Below, piece by piece: positions 27,901 through 38,217 of a DNA stretch of 64,000 nucleotides (positions within the stretch are counted from its first letter, which is position 1; each line of letters opens with the position of its first letter). Origin of the DNA: Phoronis australis (lineage: Eukaryota; Animalia; Phoronida). The position numbers and the translations under genes are program-made. Under the pieces are notes generated by a model. It saw only the letters and a program-made list of their open reading frames with translations. It was not told where the DNA came from and ran no database searches. The stretch covers positions 91,772-155,771 of the forward strand of contig NMRA01000447.1 in NCBI GenBank assembly GCA_002633005.1, written 5' to 3'.

Positions 27901-30900
27901 TTCTGTACGTCAGTGCGGTGCAAAAATTTACGGAGTGACACAATACTTCACAAGACGCGTAGGTTATTTTTAGGGCGAATTAACTATATCCACCTGTGAC
28001 AAGTTTCAAGGAGTCCACAGCCGTGTAAAGATGACTCTGGGCACAGGGTCGCATTTATTCGTATTTACTAACCGTGGTTACTGCACATGCTTGTCGTTGA
28101 TGGGACTGGCTCTTAAGTCGTAAATTGAACATGTACATGTAAGTGTAACACAAGACGAGCTGAAGGAAGACGTTTGTATGAACAACAAGTGGAATTACAG
28201 AGTTAGTCGAAACCCAAGTGTGATAGATGACCGCTTGCAAAGATACTCTAAAATATACTATAATGTCTTTGCAACTTGACCGAAACGACAGGCAATCAAG
28301 ACGTTACATGTATTTTTACTGATTAGCCCTGGTTCCCTTCCATGGTTACCACAGCTACCGAAGGCATGAAGAAAGCCTGAGGTAAGCATGACGGAGGCGC
28401 GAAGAAAGCGTGAATGAGGCGTGAGGAAGGTGTTAACTAAACCGAAGGTAAGCGTGAGGACTACCCGGAGAGTAGGCGTGAGGCGACCGTGACTGATTTC
28501 TGTCACGCCTGTGTTCCAGTTGCCCTCCGGTCTGGCCAGGCGTGAGGTAGTCCGGACGAAGTCTAAAAATTCAGTGGCTGTACTGTACACTGTGGATCTA
28601 AATAATAAAATCTCGTAAGACTCTAACCTGATTATATTCCTTAGTTGTCTTCACAGCACTATCCTTGAGCTGCTTGATCTCTTCTTCCTAAAACAAACAA
28701 TCAGTATTTCAGTGACGAAGTGGTAGTAATTAAAGTGAGGGAATGTATGTATCAAGTGTTAAATAACTTATGTATATTAACAATCATGATTGTCTTAAAG
28801 CTGCATCTTGTTGCTGTTTAGCTGTCAATGTTGACCCGAAAGGTTTTGAGGTTGAAAAGCATAACCATGTTCATTTGATCTAGAATTGTAGCTAAAGTAG
28901 CTGACAATTCAAGTCAAAGGCAATACGTCGACGCGCCATTTTCAAATTCACAGTTTTAGGTTGTGCAGTTGTGATAAGATCAGAAGCATTTCCTTGAGTC
29001 GCTGATGGTTTTGATTTTATTGTTGGTAACGGAAATAGCATCTGAGCACAGTAAGCAATATTACGGGACCGATGTCACAGTAAAAGGCCTTACTCGATTT
29101 TAGCCAGATGAACAGGGCGAAATGCGCTTTAAAGGAAAACTTCAGTGCCATCTTTGTTTTGATTTGGATGTTTTTGAGTGAAGGTCTAAATACAGCAAAT
29201 TCTTACTTCTAAATTCACACAATGCACACCCAGTGGAGTTCACCAATTACTTGTTTGACCCAATTCCTTGCCTCAAATTTACATGATCATAGTTGCTGTT
29301 AAATATTACACACTATCAACATGACCGTTATCACATTGTTCGAGGATTAAATGTACCAGTGAACTAACAAGCAAATCAATCTAATTCTCAGTTGCAGAGG
29401 CAGCATACATTTAGTCATACTCTTAAATCCAAGAAAATGACACGCCCATCCAGCTAATCGAACAGTCAGTTTCCAAGACCAGGAAGCACTGCTTATCTGA
29501 GTAATGAACAAGCAGAGAGCAATTTTATACCTGTTAACAAACTAAATCATCAGTTGTGGGTTTTCTAGTAGAGAGCATCTGCATGACCGTTTTAAACCTG
29601 ACTAACAATGACCCAGTGCTACTTACAAGCCTATCATTATCCTCCATGACTTTTTTGGCAAGATCAGACTCTTTCTGTAGTGAAGCCACCGTCTCTTCTA
29701 GGTCCATCACCTTTTTCCTACTAGCCTCAGTTTGTTGCTGCTGATGGAAACACAAGATCAACTCGGATGATTTCATCTGCGATGCTGCTGTCATTTTCAG
29801 ATGCATTAGGGAACATTTGTCACCTTGCAAACACTTGGTGACATCACCAAAAACTTGACAACTTGACACGCATCGTAATTGAAACTGGACTGGGTCCACT
29901 GTAACAACCTTTTAGGTGCGAGTATGCCAAAACAACAATCAGAAAAACTTGAAGAGAGTTACAGATGCACGAGATAATAATAATTTTGGCAAATCTTTTA
30001 ATGTACGAAAGTTTCTCAACACACATGCCATCCGATCACGCTCAAGTTAAATCCCACCACCTAAAATGCCAGTCTTGCACTCCATAGAGCTAAGAAACTC
30101 ACAAATATGCGAGATATCGCCATGCATAACAAGCAAAGTAAGTGATTGCACTTTACCCACTTAATGCATGCATCTACAGAATGGAATGCATGCCTCAATT
30201 TCAACCACTCGAAAACACTGAACATTTTTCTATTAGTACTTTCAAACTGACAAAAAGTTTTCGGACTGTTAAATGCTCCATTTTAATACTGCTTAGCAAC
30301 AACTAAAGCATATTTTTTCGTGTAATGTGATAACATTCGGATCGTCAAATTAATTCCAAAAAATAACAGAAAAGTAGCAAGTCGACACCTGGTTCAAGAA
30401 AAATTACAACACTGCCTACAACAAAACAGAAAGAAAAATGTTCTTATTTTCTCAACTTACCTGCACAGTAGTTCCAGATCTACTCACTAGGTTGCACTCT
30501 AGTCTCAACCTCTCCTTGGCAGATTGTTTTATAATGTTTTCTAATTCTTCTTTATCTTCATATATTTGATTATTCTAAAATGTATGCAATTCAAAAAATA
30601 TGCAGGCAGGCGACAAAATGGCTTGGAATAGTTAGAGCATAACAACACTCTGGCATCTACTAAACAGGCAAAAAACTTTTTGGAATTCGATATTATATCT
30701 ATACACATAATTTGCCAGTATTTAAAGGAAAATCAAAGTCTGTGTTGTTATTTGATAGTAAAAATTAAAATCAAAATGCTCGCTCATCTAACATTACAGA
30801 AACAATGTGGTCGGTTTAACTCATTTTTCCGCAATCCATTTCAGAGGGAAGCACAACCAACGACAGACTGCTGAACAGACGCTAATGGCATGTCAGTTCA

Positions 30901-33900
30901 CTGATGCCGCATGCATACTTGACATGGTCCAATGTTGGAATACACTTAAGACTAGTCACAATTTGTAACACCAATGCAAATTGTTTCATCTTCCCCTTTA
31001 TAGCCCCATCAACTGTCATACATTTTTCTTTTTTTTTGGGAGTGGAAGCCTTTGTTTTGTTTGTTTTTTAATATGACGAGCTAGCATTCCAAAATACGCT
31101 TAATAAACCCTTGGACAAAATGGAATTCAATGAATGCTTCAATGGGAAGATTCACAGCTGCTAACTTGACCATTTTCAGTTTGAAGGTTGTGACTGTGGC
31201 TTGACCTTATTACAGTAGTCTGTAGCACACCCTTGAGAAAGAGCACATCGCTCGACACGTGGGCATATTTTAATAAATATATTTTATTACCGATGCTCGT
31301 CACTTTAGTTTAACTAGTTTTACTAGTTGTATTTGTCTGTATAGATTGATTCTCAACCACTGGTCAAGAGACTTAAAGCAATCACTGAGTAATTACCTTA
31401 CAAAAAGCGACAGACAGGTTTTAAGCAACAGAAATATCAAACACAAACACAAACATTCCTCTGCAAGTCTCCATTGACTGACAACATAGTACAACAGTCT
31501 GAGCACCACAAGCAACACCTCACCTCAACAGGTTGTGACAACTGTCCCAGCTGATCCATCAGTCTCTGACATTGCTGTCGAAGGCTGTCAATCTCTTTCT
31601 CCTTGGCAAGAGTTCCCTTGGCATGTTCAGCCAGATCTTTGGCTCGCTGTCGCGCGAACACTTTCTTCATATGGTCCACGTCATGAGAGTTAGCAGACTC
31701 GTCCGTCTTCTGCAAAGAGAAATTGCAGCCAGTATAGATAAGCCAGAGAAGTGTATTCATTCACCATTACCATCAGTGTTAGGCTTTAGTTTTACTAGAT
31801 TCAGAATGGGTTTACAGAATCCCTTTCACCATTACCATCAGTGTTAGGCTTTAGTTTTACTAGATTCAGAATGGGTTTACAGAATCACTTTCACCATTAC
31901 CATCAGTGTTAGGCTTTAGTTTTACTAGATTCAGAATGGGTTTACAGAATCATTTTCACCATTACCATCAGTGTTAGGCTTTAGTTTTACTAGATTCAGA
32001 ATGGGTTTACAGAATCCCTTTCACCATTACCATCAGTGTTAGGCTTTAGTTTTACTAGATTCAGAATGGGTTTACAGAATCACTTTCACCATTACCATCA
32101 GTGTTAGGCTTTAGTTTTACTAGATTCAGAATGGGTTTACAGAATCACTTTTTGAGAAAAAATCAATTTCAACAAAACAATTACATGAACTTCAACAAAA
32201 GCTATGATTCTAAATCCCATTGAAGAGGCAGCGTGGCCTAGTGGGATAAGTGTCGGCCTCCTTTGCTCAAGGACATGGGTTCGAGCCCCACTAGAACACA
32301 CTGCTAGACCCTCGAGTCGATTCTTTAGCTCCTCAGTTTGGTTTTAACTACATAGTAATAAAGCATAAAAATAGTTCCAAGTGATCTGTGCAACGAGCCC
32401 ACCTGAGCGGCCTGGTACATTGTGTATAAGACCGCTTACAAATATTTCTTAATCCCTCATAACAGTGTACCTTTGTGTGAGATTGCTGAAGAGTTGTCAC
32501 TTTTTGCTCCAATCTTCTGGCAATGGCCGCCAATTCAGCGTTACGTTTTTTAAGTTTCCTCATCTTTTCTTCAACTGGACCCTGTTCACTGAGTTTTCTT
32601 TTCTGAAAAACAGAAAGTCGACACTGTGGTCAATCAAATGGGACAAATCTGACAGATGCTTCAGGCTAACAAGAGGGACTTTCATATTACTTTGCTGCCT
32701 CGTTACCATGAGTACCAATGTGCAAGCGACTCCATCTCGTGTCTGTCGAAGGAACTAGCCTGGTTCCTCCAATATTCTTTTCTATGAACAGCTGTGTTAA
32801 AAGCTCAAATCCAGCGACTGTCGACGTAAGAAACACTACAAACTCAAGATTTCGAGTGAAAACTTTAGATTTCGAGATCAGAGTCGAACCTATAGCCTTA
32901 GTGCTGGGGTCATCAAGTGCAAACTGGGATAAGGATAACTAATAAAAATGTACTCGGGCAAAAAGAGCACAAAATAATAGACACTTATGTTGAGTTTGCA
33001 CAAAAGTAGAACAGAAAATGACAAAAATAATTTTGAGTTCTACCCCAAGCCCTGATCTGAACTGATACACTGAGCATTACTGAAGATTTTTGACATTAGG
33101 AGGAACTAAACTCAAAATCAACATGACTGGCACGGTGTCAGTATTAATAGGTAAAAATAATGTTGACAGCAGAGCATCTGAAAGGAACCAAGTGGTACGT
33201 ACAAGAGATTCATTTTCTGCCTTTAAACCTGAGATCCGATTGTCCACTTTAGAGGAATGCATAGCAGTTTCACTGGACCTCCTCCGGCCGATATCAGCTT
33301 TGTCGGGAGTGCTCTTAGTGTCCTGAAAGTAGACATTTTCAAACAATGATGAAACGAACCTTGTGCAGCACAGCCCCAAGACACGATAGGAGACACAATG
33401 TTGCCACCAACATACCTGATTAAAAAATCACAGGATAACATTTATATGTCTCTAAATGACCAGGACATGTGTTATCTAAATCAATAAAGGATTATGTTGT
33501 TAGATTACGAATCCTTTTTGAACAAGACATTTATAACTTTTTAAGTCAAAGACCACCATATTCCACATGTCTCCTGCTGGCCATACCTCAGTCTCAAGAT
33601 GCTCTTACTACGCAGATGACTAGTCATGCTTGAACTGAAATACAGCTACCTTCTTTTGTCACCAAGGGGTCCATTTTTAATTCACACAACTCCCAAGGGT
33701 TATGTTTGAAGAACACAACATAAAACTACATGTATGNTTCTACCCCAAGCCCTGATCTGAACTGATACACTGAGCATTACTGAAGATTTTTGACATAAGG
33801 AGGAACTAAACTCAAAATCAACATGACTGGCACGGTGTCAGTATTAATAGGTAAAAATATTGTTGACAGCAGAGCATCTGAAAGGAACCAAGTGGTACGT

Positions 33901-35429
33901 ACAAGAGATTCATTTTCTGCCTTTAAACCTGAGATCCGATTGTCCACTTTAGAGGAATGCATAGCAGTTTCACTGGACCTCCTGCGGCCGATATCAGCTT
34001 TGTCGGGAGTGCTCTTAGTGTCCTGAAAGTAGACATTTTCAAACAATGATGAAATGAACCTTGTGCAGCACAGCCCCAAGACACGATAGGAGACACAATG
34101 TTGCCACCAACATACCTGATTAAAAAATCACAGGATAACATTTATATGTCTCTAAATGACCAGCACATGTGTTATATAAATCAATAAATGATTATGTTGT
34201 TAGATTACGAATCCTTTTTGAACAAGACATTTATAACTTTTTAAGTCAAAGACCACCATATTCCACATGTCTCCTGCTGGCCATACCTCAGTCTCAAGAT
34301 GCTCTTACTACGCAGATGACTCATCATGCTTGAACTGAAATACAGCTACCTTCTTTTGTCACCAAGGGGTCCATTTTTAATTCACACAACTCCCAAGGGT
34401 TATGTTTGAAAAACACAACATAAAACTACATGTATGCACTGCTTGCATTATTCCGGGGTTTCTTCACATGTCTACAACAATTTCTACACCAGTCCTGGTG
34501 TCTGTTACAAGAAAAGTGACTTACGACTACGTTTTCAAAGATTTTACGCTTTGCTCAAGTAAGATCAAGTTATTTTTGGAAATAGATGCGAGGAGCAGTC
34601 TTCAGTCATTTTTCACGTACAAGAGCCCAGAGTACACAATTCTAATCTTCTTTAAATAAACATTTTGATGATTGTTTATTCATATAATTACCCCATTGTT
34701 CCCATTGCTGGCATCGCTTAACCCCTCGCTACTATGGCTTAATGCCGACTTTCTCATGGACCTGTCGAGCAACCCCTTCTCATGTGTATCCCCAGCCAAG
34801 CTAAGAGAGCTCCCGTCCCGCGACACTTCTCGCTTAAGGCCCCGTTGTACATCCAGCTCAAGCCTCAGTTTACGAACTTGCGCCGCCTTATCCTTCTCGT
34901 CCATACTCTTCAGTCGATACTTCTCTTCCAGCTCTTGTTTGGCTGCCTTCAGGTGTTTCACTTCCTTTTGCAGCTTATGTACAATGTCCGACTGGTCAGA
35001 TTTCTGCCCCAGCGCCTTCCTCTGCACCTCCAATGCCACCTTGACAGCATCCTCCTTCTCCTGATTGAACTGTCTCTTAAGTTGCTTCACCTCTTCATCC
35101 TTATACTTCAAGACTTGCCGCAGCTCCACGTCTTTCTCGTGTGATAGCGACTCTTTCAATCGAGTCAACTCGCTCTGCTTATCCGCCTGACATCGTGCCT
35201 GATATGTCTCTGTCAATGTTGTCTTTTCGTATTCGTACTGCTCTCGTAGCTGTTTCATCTCCGCCATCTTGTCCTTTTGGAAGTGCCGGATTTTGCTTCT
35301 TTCGATCTCCAACTCGGCTTTGTACTTGGCTATCTTTCGCTTCATCTCCTCGAACAGCTTGTGTTTACTGGGACGGTCCCCATTCTTGCCCGAGAGGGAG
35401 CCACCCTCAGTGGAGTTAGCCACTGACAT
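715..35429 (-). CDS. RIMBP2: RIMS-binding protein (RIM-BP; RIMBP2/TSPOAP1/RIMBP3 family), 24 coding exons, ~1,740 aa; coiled coil - SH3 - 3xFN3 - SH3 - SH3
   Basis: Three SH3 domains ([24 protein letters not shown]; [29 protein letters not shown]; [24 protein letters not shown]) flank three FN3 repeats. N-terminal motifs [16 protein letters not shown] and [11 protein letters not shown] match TSPOAP1/RIMBP3. The exons below join in frame through GT-AG junctions (5,223 nt summed). The invertebrate gene is probably co-orthologous to the vertebrate paralogs. The 3' end may continue beyond the window. Confidence 0.95.
1348..1448 (-). CDS. RIMBP2: RIM-BP coding exon 23 (SH3-3, first part)
   Basis: [21 protein letters not shown]; taccag| acceptor, |gtaagt donor. 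Confidence 0.93.
2215..3975. mobile_element. Non-autonomous DNA transposon with TTAA target site (Kolobok-like)
   Basis: TTAA-AGTCCTTCT ... AGAAGGACT-TTAA termini; CpG-rich interior unlike the flanks; no transposase ORF. Confidence 0.7.
2841..2981. mobile_element. Small MITE nested in the Kolobok-like element
   Basis: Inverted termini CGTTCAGTA-ACGCTAGGACC / GGTCCTGGCGTCTACTGAACG; a related fragment lies in reverse orientation at ~53160-53210. Confidence 0.55.
4099..4325. repeat. 28-bp tandem repeat, ~8 copies
   Basis: Unit TTTATAACTTGTACCACGACTATACAAG, near-identical and with no spacers. Confidence 0.95.
4432..4717 (-). CDS. RIMBP2: RIM-BP coding exon 22 (SH3-2, second part)
   Basis: [29 protein letters not shown]. 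The phase-1 donor G|gtaggt is needed to match the next exon, so the 3' boundary is uncertain. Confidence 0.88.
5096..5532 (-). CDS. RIMBP2: RIM-BP coding exon 21 (linker plus SH3-2, first part)
   Basis: [34 protein letters not shown]; AAG|gtaaga donor. Confidence 0.95.
5900..6097. repeat. ~99-bp tandem duplication (2 copies)
   Basis: TGCACCCAATCTGAAAAA...GACTATGTATTTT repeated head to tail. Confidence 0.9.
6790..7078 (-). CDS. RIMBP2: RIM-BP coding exon 20 (linker, ...RVVIPQI)
   Basis: ttttag| acceptor, G|gtatta donor, phase 0-1; joins the next exon as VVIPQI-EIT. Confidence 0.82.
8244..8369 (-). CDS. RIMBP2: RIM-BP coding exon 19 ([13 protein letters not shown] motif)
   Basis: The acidic motif matches the LSDIxEEdEE segment of RIM-BPs; ttgtag| acceptor, GAG|gtgaga donor. 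Confidence 0.85.
8490..9265. mobile_element. Degraded TTAA-flanked non-autonomous element
   Basis: TTAA-AGGCATATTTC ... GAAATATCTCA-TTAA. Shares the GAGATTTCATCTTGAA motif with pieces at ~11755, ~25835 and ~42260. Confidence 0.4.
9449..9628 (-). CDS. RIMBP2: RIM-BP coding exon 18 (disordered linker)
   Basis: ttccag| acceptor, |gtaagt donor, 180 nt open, phase 0-0. Confidence 0.75.
10270..10415 (-). CDS. RIMBP2: RIM-BP coding exon 17 (FN3-3, second part)
   Basis: DHAVIEL...VTVRTLS...ESESVEIP. Donor AAG|gtcagg, or an in-frame CAG|gtaatt ending at 10231. Confidence 0.88.
10900..11076 (-). CDS. RIMBP2: RIM-BP coding exon 16 (FN3-3, first part)
   Basis: [27 protein letters not shown]...SNGAVVTGY, the hallmark third FN3 of RIM-BP. 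Confidence 0.95.
12134..12256 (-). CDS. RIMBP2: RIM-BP coding exon 15 (FN3-2, second part)
   Basis: [12 protein letters not shown]...ITFKTLPG; 123 nt, phase 1-1. Confidence 0.9.
12855..13016 (-). CDS. RIMBP2: RIM-BP coding exon 14 (FN3-2, first part)
   Basis: [30 protein letters not shown]; ctgtag| acceptor, |gtgagt donor. Confidence 0.93.
13774..14052 (-). CDS. RIMBP2: RIM-BP coding exon 13 (FN3-1)
   Basis: [24 protein letters not shown]...; phase 1-1. An alternative in-frame acceptor lies 6 nt downstream (14046). Confidence 0.93.
14810..14878 (-). CDS. RIMBP2: RIM-BP coding exon 12 (linker, [22 protein letters not shown])
   Basis: ctgcag| acceptor, AAG|gtgagt donor, 69 nt, phase 1-1. Confidence 0.75.
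15402..15583. repeat. Long palindrome, 86-bp arms with a 10-nt loop
   Basis: 15402-15487 is the near-perfect reverse complement of 15498-15583. Confidence 0.92.
15992..16193 (-). CDS. RIMBP2: RIM-BP coding exon 11 (SH3-1, second part)
   Basis: [24 protein letters not shown]; ccgcag| acceptor, |gtaagt donor, phase 0-1. Confidence 0.92.
16326..16488. repeat. 32-bp tandem repeat, 5 copies
   Basis: Unit ATTATTTTCTGTATGACACATTCTTTCATACC. Confidence 0.95.
17302..17516 (-). CDS. RIMBP2: RIM-BP coding exon 10 (SH3-1, first part)
   Basis: [38 protein letters not shown]; phase 1-0. Confidence 0.95.
18062..18644 (-). CDS. RIMBP2: RIM-BP coding exon 9 (end of coiled coil plus VQT-repeat linker)
   Basis: gtgcag| acceptor, G|gtatta donor, 583 nt, phase 0-1. 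The 5' half is repeated at 18881-19162 across an N. Confidence 0.82.
18363..19397. repeat. 517-bp direct duplication joined by a single N (probable haplotype overlap)
   Basis: 18363-18879 versus 18881-19397, a few SNPs, N at 18880. Confidence 0.88.
21170..21635. repeat. 45-bp GC-rich minisatellite, ~10 copies
   Basis: Unit CCCCATCCCACAGCTGGCGCCACCTGTCCATTGCAACACATATCT; accounts for six overlapping repetitive ORFs. Confidence 0.95.
25024..25179 (-). CDS. RIMBP2: RIM-BP coding exon 8 (coiled coil)
   Basis: ccatag| acceptor, CAG|gtatgt donor, 156 nt open. Confidence 0.83.
25589..26775. mobile_element. Degraded TTAA-flanked (Kolobok-like) element interrupted by a younger MITE
   Basis: TTAA-GGGTATGTAGGAC ... 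GTCCTACACAACA-TTAA imperfect TIRs. Confidence 0.45.
26183..26665. mobile_element. MITE with 13-bp TIR and 6-bp TSD
   Basis: CAGGGCTTGGAAT ... ATTCCAAGCCCTG flanked by AATTTA on both sides; internal CGCGGAAA repeats. Confidence 0.8.
27193..28585. mobile_element. Tc1/mariner-type non-autonomous element (TA TSD)
   Basis: TA-CAGTACAGGCACTGAATTATTAGACT ... AGTCTAAAAATTCAGTGGCTGTACTG-TA; subterminal GCGTGAG repeats at both ends. Confidence 0.8.
28628..28687 (-). CDS. RIMBP2: RIM-BP coding exon 7 ([20 protein letters not shown])
   Basis: ttttag| acceptor, CAG|gttaga donor, 60 nt, coiled-coil composition. Confidence 0.78.
29627..29740 (-). CDS. RIMBP2: RIM-BP coding exon 6 (coiled coil)
   Basis: catcag|CAG (NAGNAG) acceptor, CTT|gtaagt donor, 114 nt, [24 protein letters not shown]. 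Confidence 0.85.
30461..30574 (-). CDS. RIMBP2: RIM-BP coding exon 5 ([26 protein letters not shown]...)
   Basis: ttttag| acceptor, CAG|gtaagt donor, 114 nt open, phase 0-0; not in the ORF track. Confidence 0.88.
31524..31709 (-). CDS. RIMBP2: RIM-BP coding exon 4 ([14 protein letters not shown])
   Basis: ttgcag| acceptor, GAG|gtgagg donor, 186 nt; conserved family motif. Confidence 0.92.
31760..32150. repeat. 65-bp tandem repeat, 6 copies
   Basis: Unit TTCACCATTACCATCAGTGTTAGGCTTTAGTTTTACTAGATTCAGAATGGGTTTACAGAATCACT. Confidence 0.95.
32225..32300 (+). mobile_element. tRNA-derived SINE head / pseudo-tRNA
   Basis: Pol III A box TGGCCTAGTGG and B box GGTTCGAGCCC at tRNA spacing; acceptor and anticodon stems are not intact. 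Confidence 0.65.
32471..32602 (-). CDS. RIMBP2: RIM-BP coding exon 3 (KRKLSEQ...[18 protein letters not shown]...)
   Basis: ttttcag| acceptor, AAG|gtacac donor, 132 nt; conserved family motif. Confidence 0.92.
33203..33322 (-). CDS. RIMBP2: Second copy of RIM-BP exon 2, probably an assembly (haplotype) duplicate
   Basis: Encodes the same peptide, offset exactly 700 bp, inside a duplication joined by a single N at 33737. Confidence 0.45.
33903..34022 (-). CDS. RIMBP2: RIM-BP coding exon 2 (DTKSTPDK...AENESL)
   Basis: tttcag| acceptor, |gtacgt donor, 120 nt, phase 0-0. Confidence 0.85.
34692..35429 (-). CDS. RIMBP2: RIM-BP coding exon 1 (N-terminal coiled coil)
   Basis: 249-aa ORF MSVANS...; [20 protein letters not shown] resembles the RIMBP3 N-terminus. 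Donor GGG|gtaatt, phase 0. An upstream acceptor at ~35478 implies a non-coding first exon. Confidence 0.88.
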
Positions 35430-37923
35430 GTTGCAGTGTGTATGTGTGGCTTTTTAAGAATTTCTTCCTAACATAGCCTGCAATATAGAACACGGATATT
35501 ATTCATTCTGGCCTCATCCAAAGAAGACGCTAAAATCACAAATGCGCAAAGTTTGTCTTCAGTTTTTATCAGCGATCAAACACATGCAAGGCAAAAATCT
35601 CATATCTAGCATAGTGCAAAAGTTTTTGCACATTCAAAAATTCATGGTTGGCGAGGAGAAATTAGAAACAAAACACTGGGTTTCTTTGACAAGCATGAAT
35701 CGAGATTGACAGATCTGAGTTGAACTTATAACTTAAACCGTTCTCAAAGTAACAGTCTTACCATCACCCTACCAAGTTCCATAACAAGCATCCACAGTAA
35801 AACTAACAAGGGAATCAAAAATACATCACGACTCGATTTTCATATTTATCATACTTTTCTGTTGACATTCCGTTAGATAAACTTGCTATCAACCTAGTTT
35901 TGATAAAAGTTGATTTAGAACAGTTACGACCTTGGCCTTGACTTGTTCATCACTCAAACAATAGTTGATTTCTATACAGAACTGATAGCTCTAGTGGCTT
36001 AAGAGCTTAAGACCATGCTCCGCACTTGAAATGACCGCCGTGACAAGCCAACGTGTTCAGCATGGTCTCAAGCAATGACAAACCACCAGTTCTTTACAAG
36101 CCCGGAGACCAGCTGTAAGTAGTCTACATCAAAAGTAAGTTTCATTATAACAGAATGTGGGTCTGTAACAGCTTTGTTCACAAACACGAATGAACATAAG
36201 TTTGAAGATTTCTGCCAGACTTATGTTCATTAAGTCACGTGATATGGCCAACAGGTGGCGTTCAGGTCAGACTTAAACATATCTGTGATCTATACTTCCA
36301 CACTGGTTTAAGACTTACATAACTTTAATGTTTCCTTTATTCTAGGAACCTAGGAAAATAACTTCAAACAAGGTGAATGGCCCTTATCTAGATACCATCC
36401 GCAAGCCTACTAGTATTGTTTTCTTAACATTCTGTTATCTAATAGACGTTATATGAAGACTCAAAGTCAAACAATCTCAGGGCTCAATGCTCAGCATAAT
36501 GTCAACTCACTAAATGTGACCGGGCTAAGTTCCCAGCTTGCCAAAACAAGAAAACCCCGTGTGGGGATTCCTAGCCTCTATAAACTACACATAGTCAGCA
36601 AGAACCGAAAATGAAACGCTGATCTCAGCAAATGTCTGCCAAAGCACCAGAGAGCGTTTTTTTACTTAAACATAAAATAACGATTGTCACAAATTCTCGG
36701 TAACGATCGAATTCCCCCCTTTTGTCCCCAATATCACGCACAGGGTGACCGCTTTTAAGGAGCAGATGATCAACACATGTTACCTGTGCACTACTCATAA
36801 TGGGCCCTTCTGATTTTGGTCAAATGAATCCAACTTCTGTCAGTTTACTTCCTGTAACGTTTTGAGTGATCCAATGTGTGCATGGCAACATGGTGGTAAC
36901 CTATGATTTTTATCAGGTAACCAAACAAAATCTGAGGTTGCATTGGTGATCTGCACGTCAAGCCCTGAATCTAATAAATGTCACTTAGAAACAAGGATGA
37001 AACACAAATTGTAATATCTCAAGGGGAATCTTTGCTTATTTTCTGCCTGCGCAAGAACAGTCAAGGAGACTGGTTGCACCTCGACACCATTCCCAGTAAA
37101 GTTTGAATAAAGACAACAACTTTTCTTACAATTTTCATTTCCAGTTAGTAGGTTAGTTGTGAGAGAGAAGCTGATTTCATTAACAAATTTGAGATTAAAT
37201 ATTATGCCGTTTCAGAGTTCGAAAGTGACAATGAACATTTACACCAATCTTACATCTAAAGCAATACATACCTCATGTTAGCACCACCTGTAGCCATGCC
37301 ACAGGCTGGCTTGGGTTCCACGTCAACCAAACTGCAAAAGCAAAAAGCATAGATTCTTTAACTTAATGAGTACTAATCATTAAAAGAATGACAATCAAAT
37401 TAAACATAGTAAAATGTTAGGCTTTCATATCATAATTTGTCACCATGGAGTAGTTTTCAAAATACCAAAATAAACAAGGCAGACGTCGACAGCACTCTGC
37501 CAGACACACATCTTGTCAGAATAATTTGACACTTTTATCAAACTTTCGTTGCAATAAAGTATTGTTTTCATCAAAGTTTTGTCAGAGTTTATCGAGATGT
37601 TAATGTGAATATTACGGTAGTAGTCACCATTTATCAATGAACTTTCACAGATGTCGCAATTTCGTCAACATGCGTGGAGCATAACCTATTGAGATTTTGT
37701 TAAGATTTCGCAGGAATTGATTCTAGACAAAAAGAAATTACGGCTTTGGACAACAACCCGCCTCCTTCACCAATGCTTCACGAACTGATCAACAGATGGC
37801 ACTAGCAGCCTGCGATGATGTAGTTTATGCCCAGTCAGAATGTAGACTGCAGCTTATACTGACGCTAGGCTGAGGTCCTTAAAGCTCTTATGATCCCACT
37901 TCATGTAAAAAATCTTTTGATTG

Positions 37924-38217
37924 GGGGGTCTGTTTCATGAAAATAGACTTGAGACGTACAACAGAAATTTGGTTTTATGCACCCACTTCACAATTGTTGA
38001 AAAATGTTTTAGCCAAGCAATTTATGAGTGCATCACAGTCTAGAAATACTGGTATTTACATAAATTATCTTCCTAACTTGCAACTATGAGTATATGCTCA
38101 GGAACATTGTACTTTTGTTCAAGTGAGATTTAATTACTTTTTCAGAGACAGCTGTGTGGAGCATAAGACCAGATTTCTGACTTCAATCTTGAGTCACTTT
38201 TCATAAAACGGACCCCC
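37924..38217. mobile_element. MITE, PIF/Harbinger-like
   Basis: Imperfect TIRs GGGGGTCTGTTTCATGAAAA / TTTTCATAAAACGGACCCCC. Confidence 0.55.

Larger units (their letters stand above)
33038..34436. repeat. 699-bp direct duplication joined by a single N (probable haplotype overlap)
   Basis: 33038-33736 versus 33738-34436, scattered SNPs, N at 33737. Confidence 0.88.

Noticed and set aside
32225-32300. Functional tRNA genes here and at 44287-44357
   Set aside because: Only the A and B boxes are retained; the cloverleaf stems do not close.
33203-34022. Mutually exclusive duplicated exons in RIM-BP
   Set aside because: The peptides are identical, flanking introns are near-identical and a single N sits at the junction, which points to an assembly artefact.
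34672-35457. Plus-strand ORFs of 62-130 aa
   Set aside because: These are antisense shadows of RIM-BP coding exon 1.
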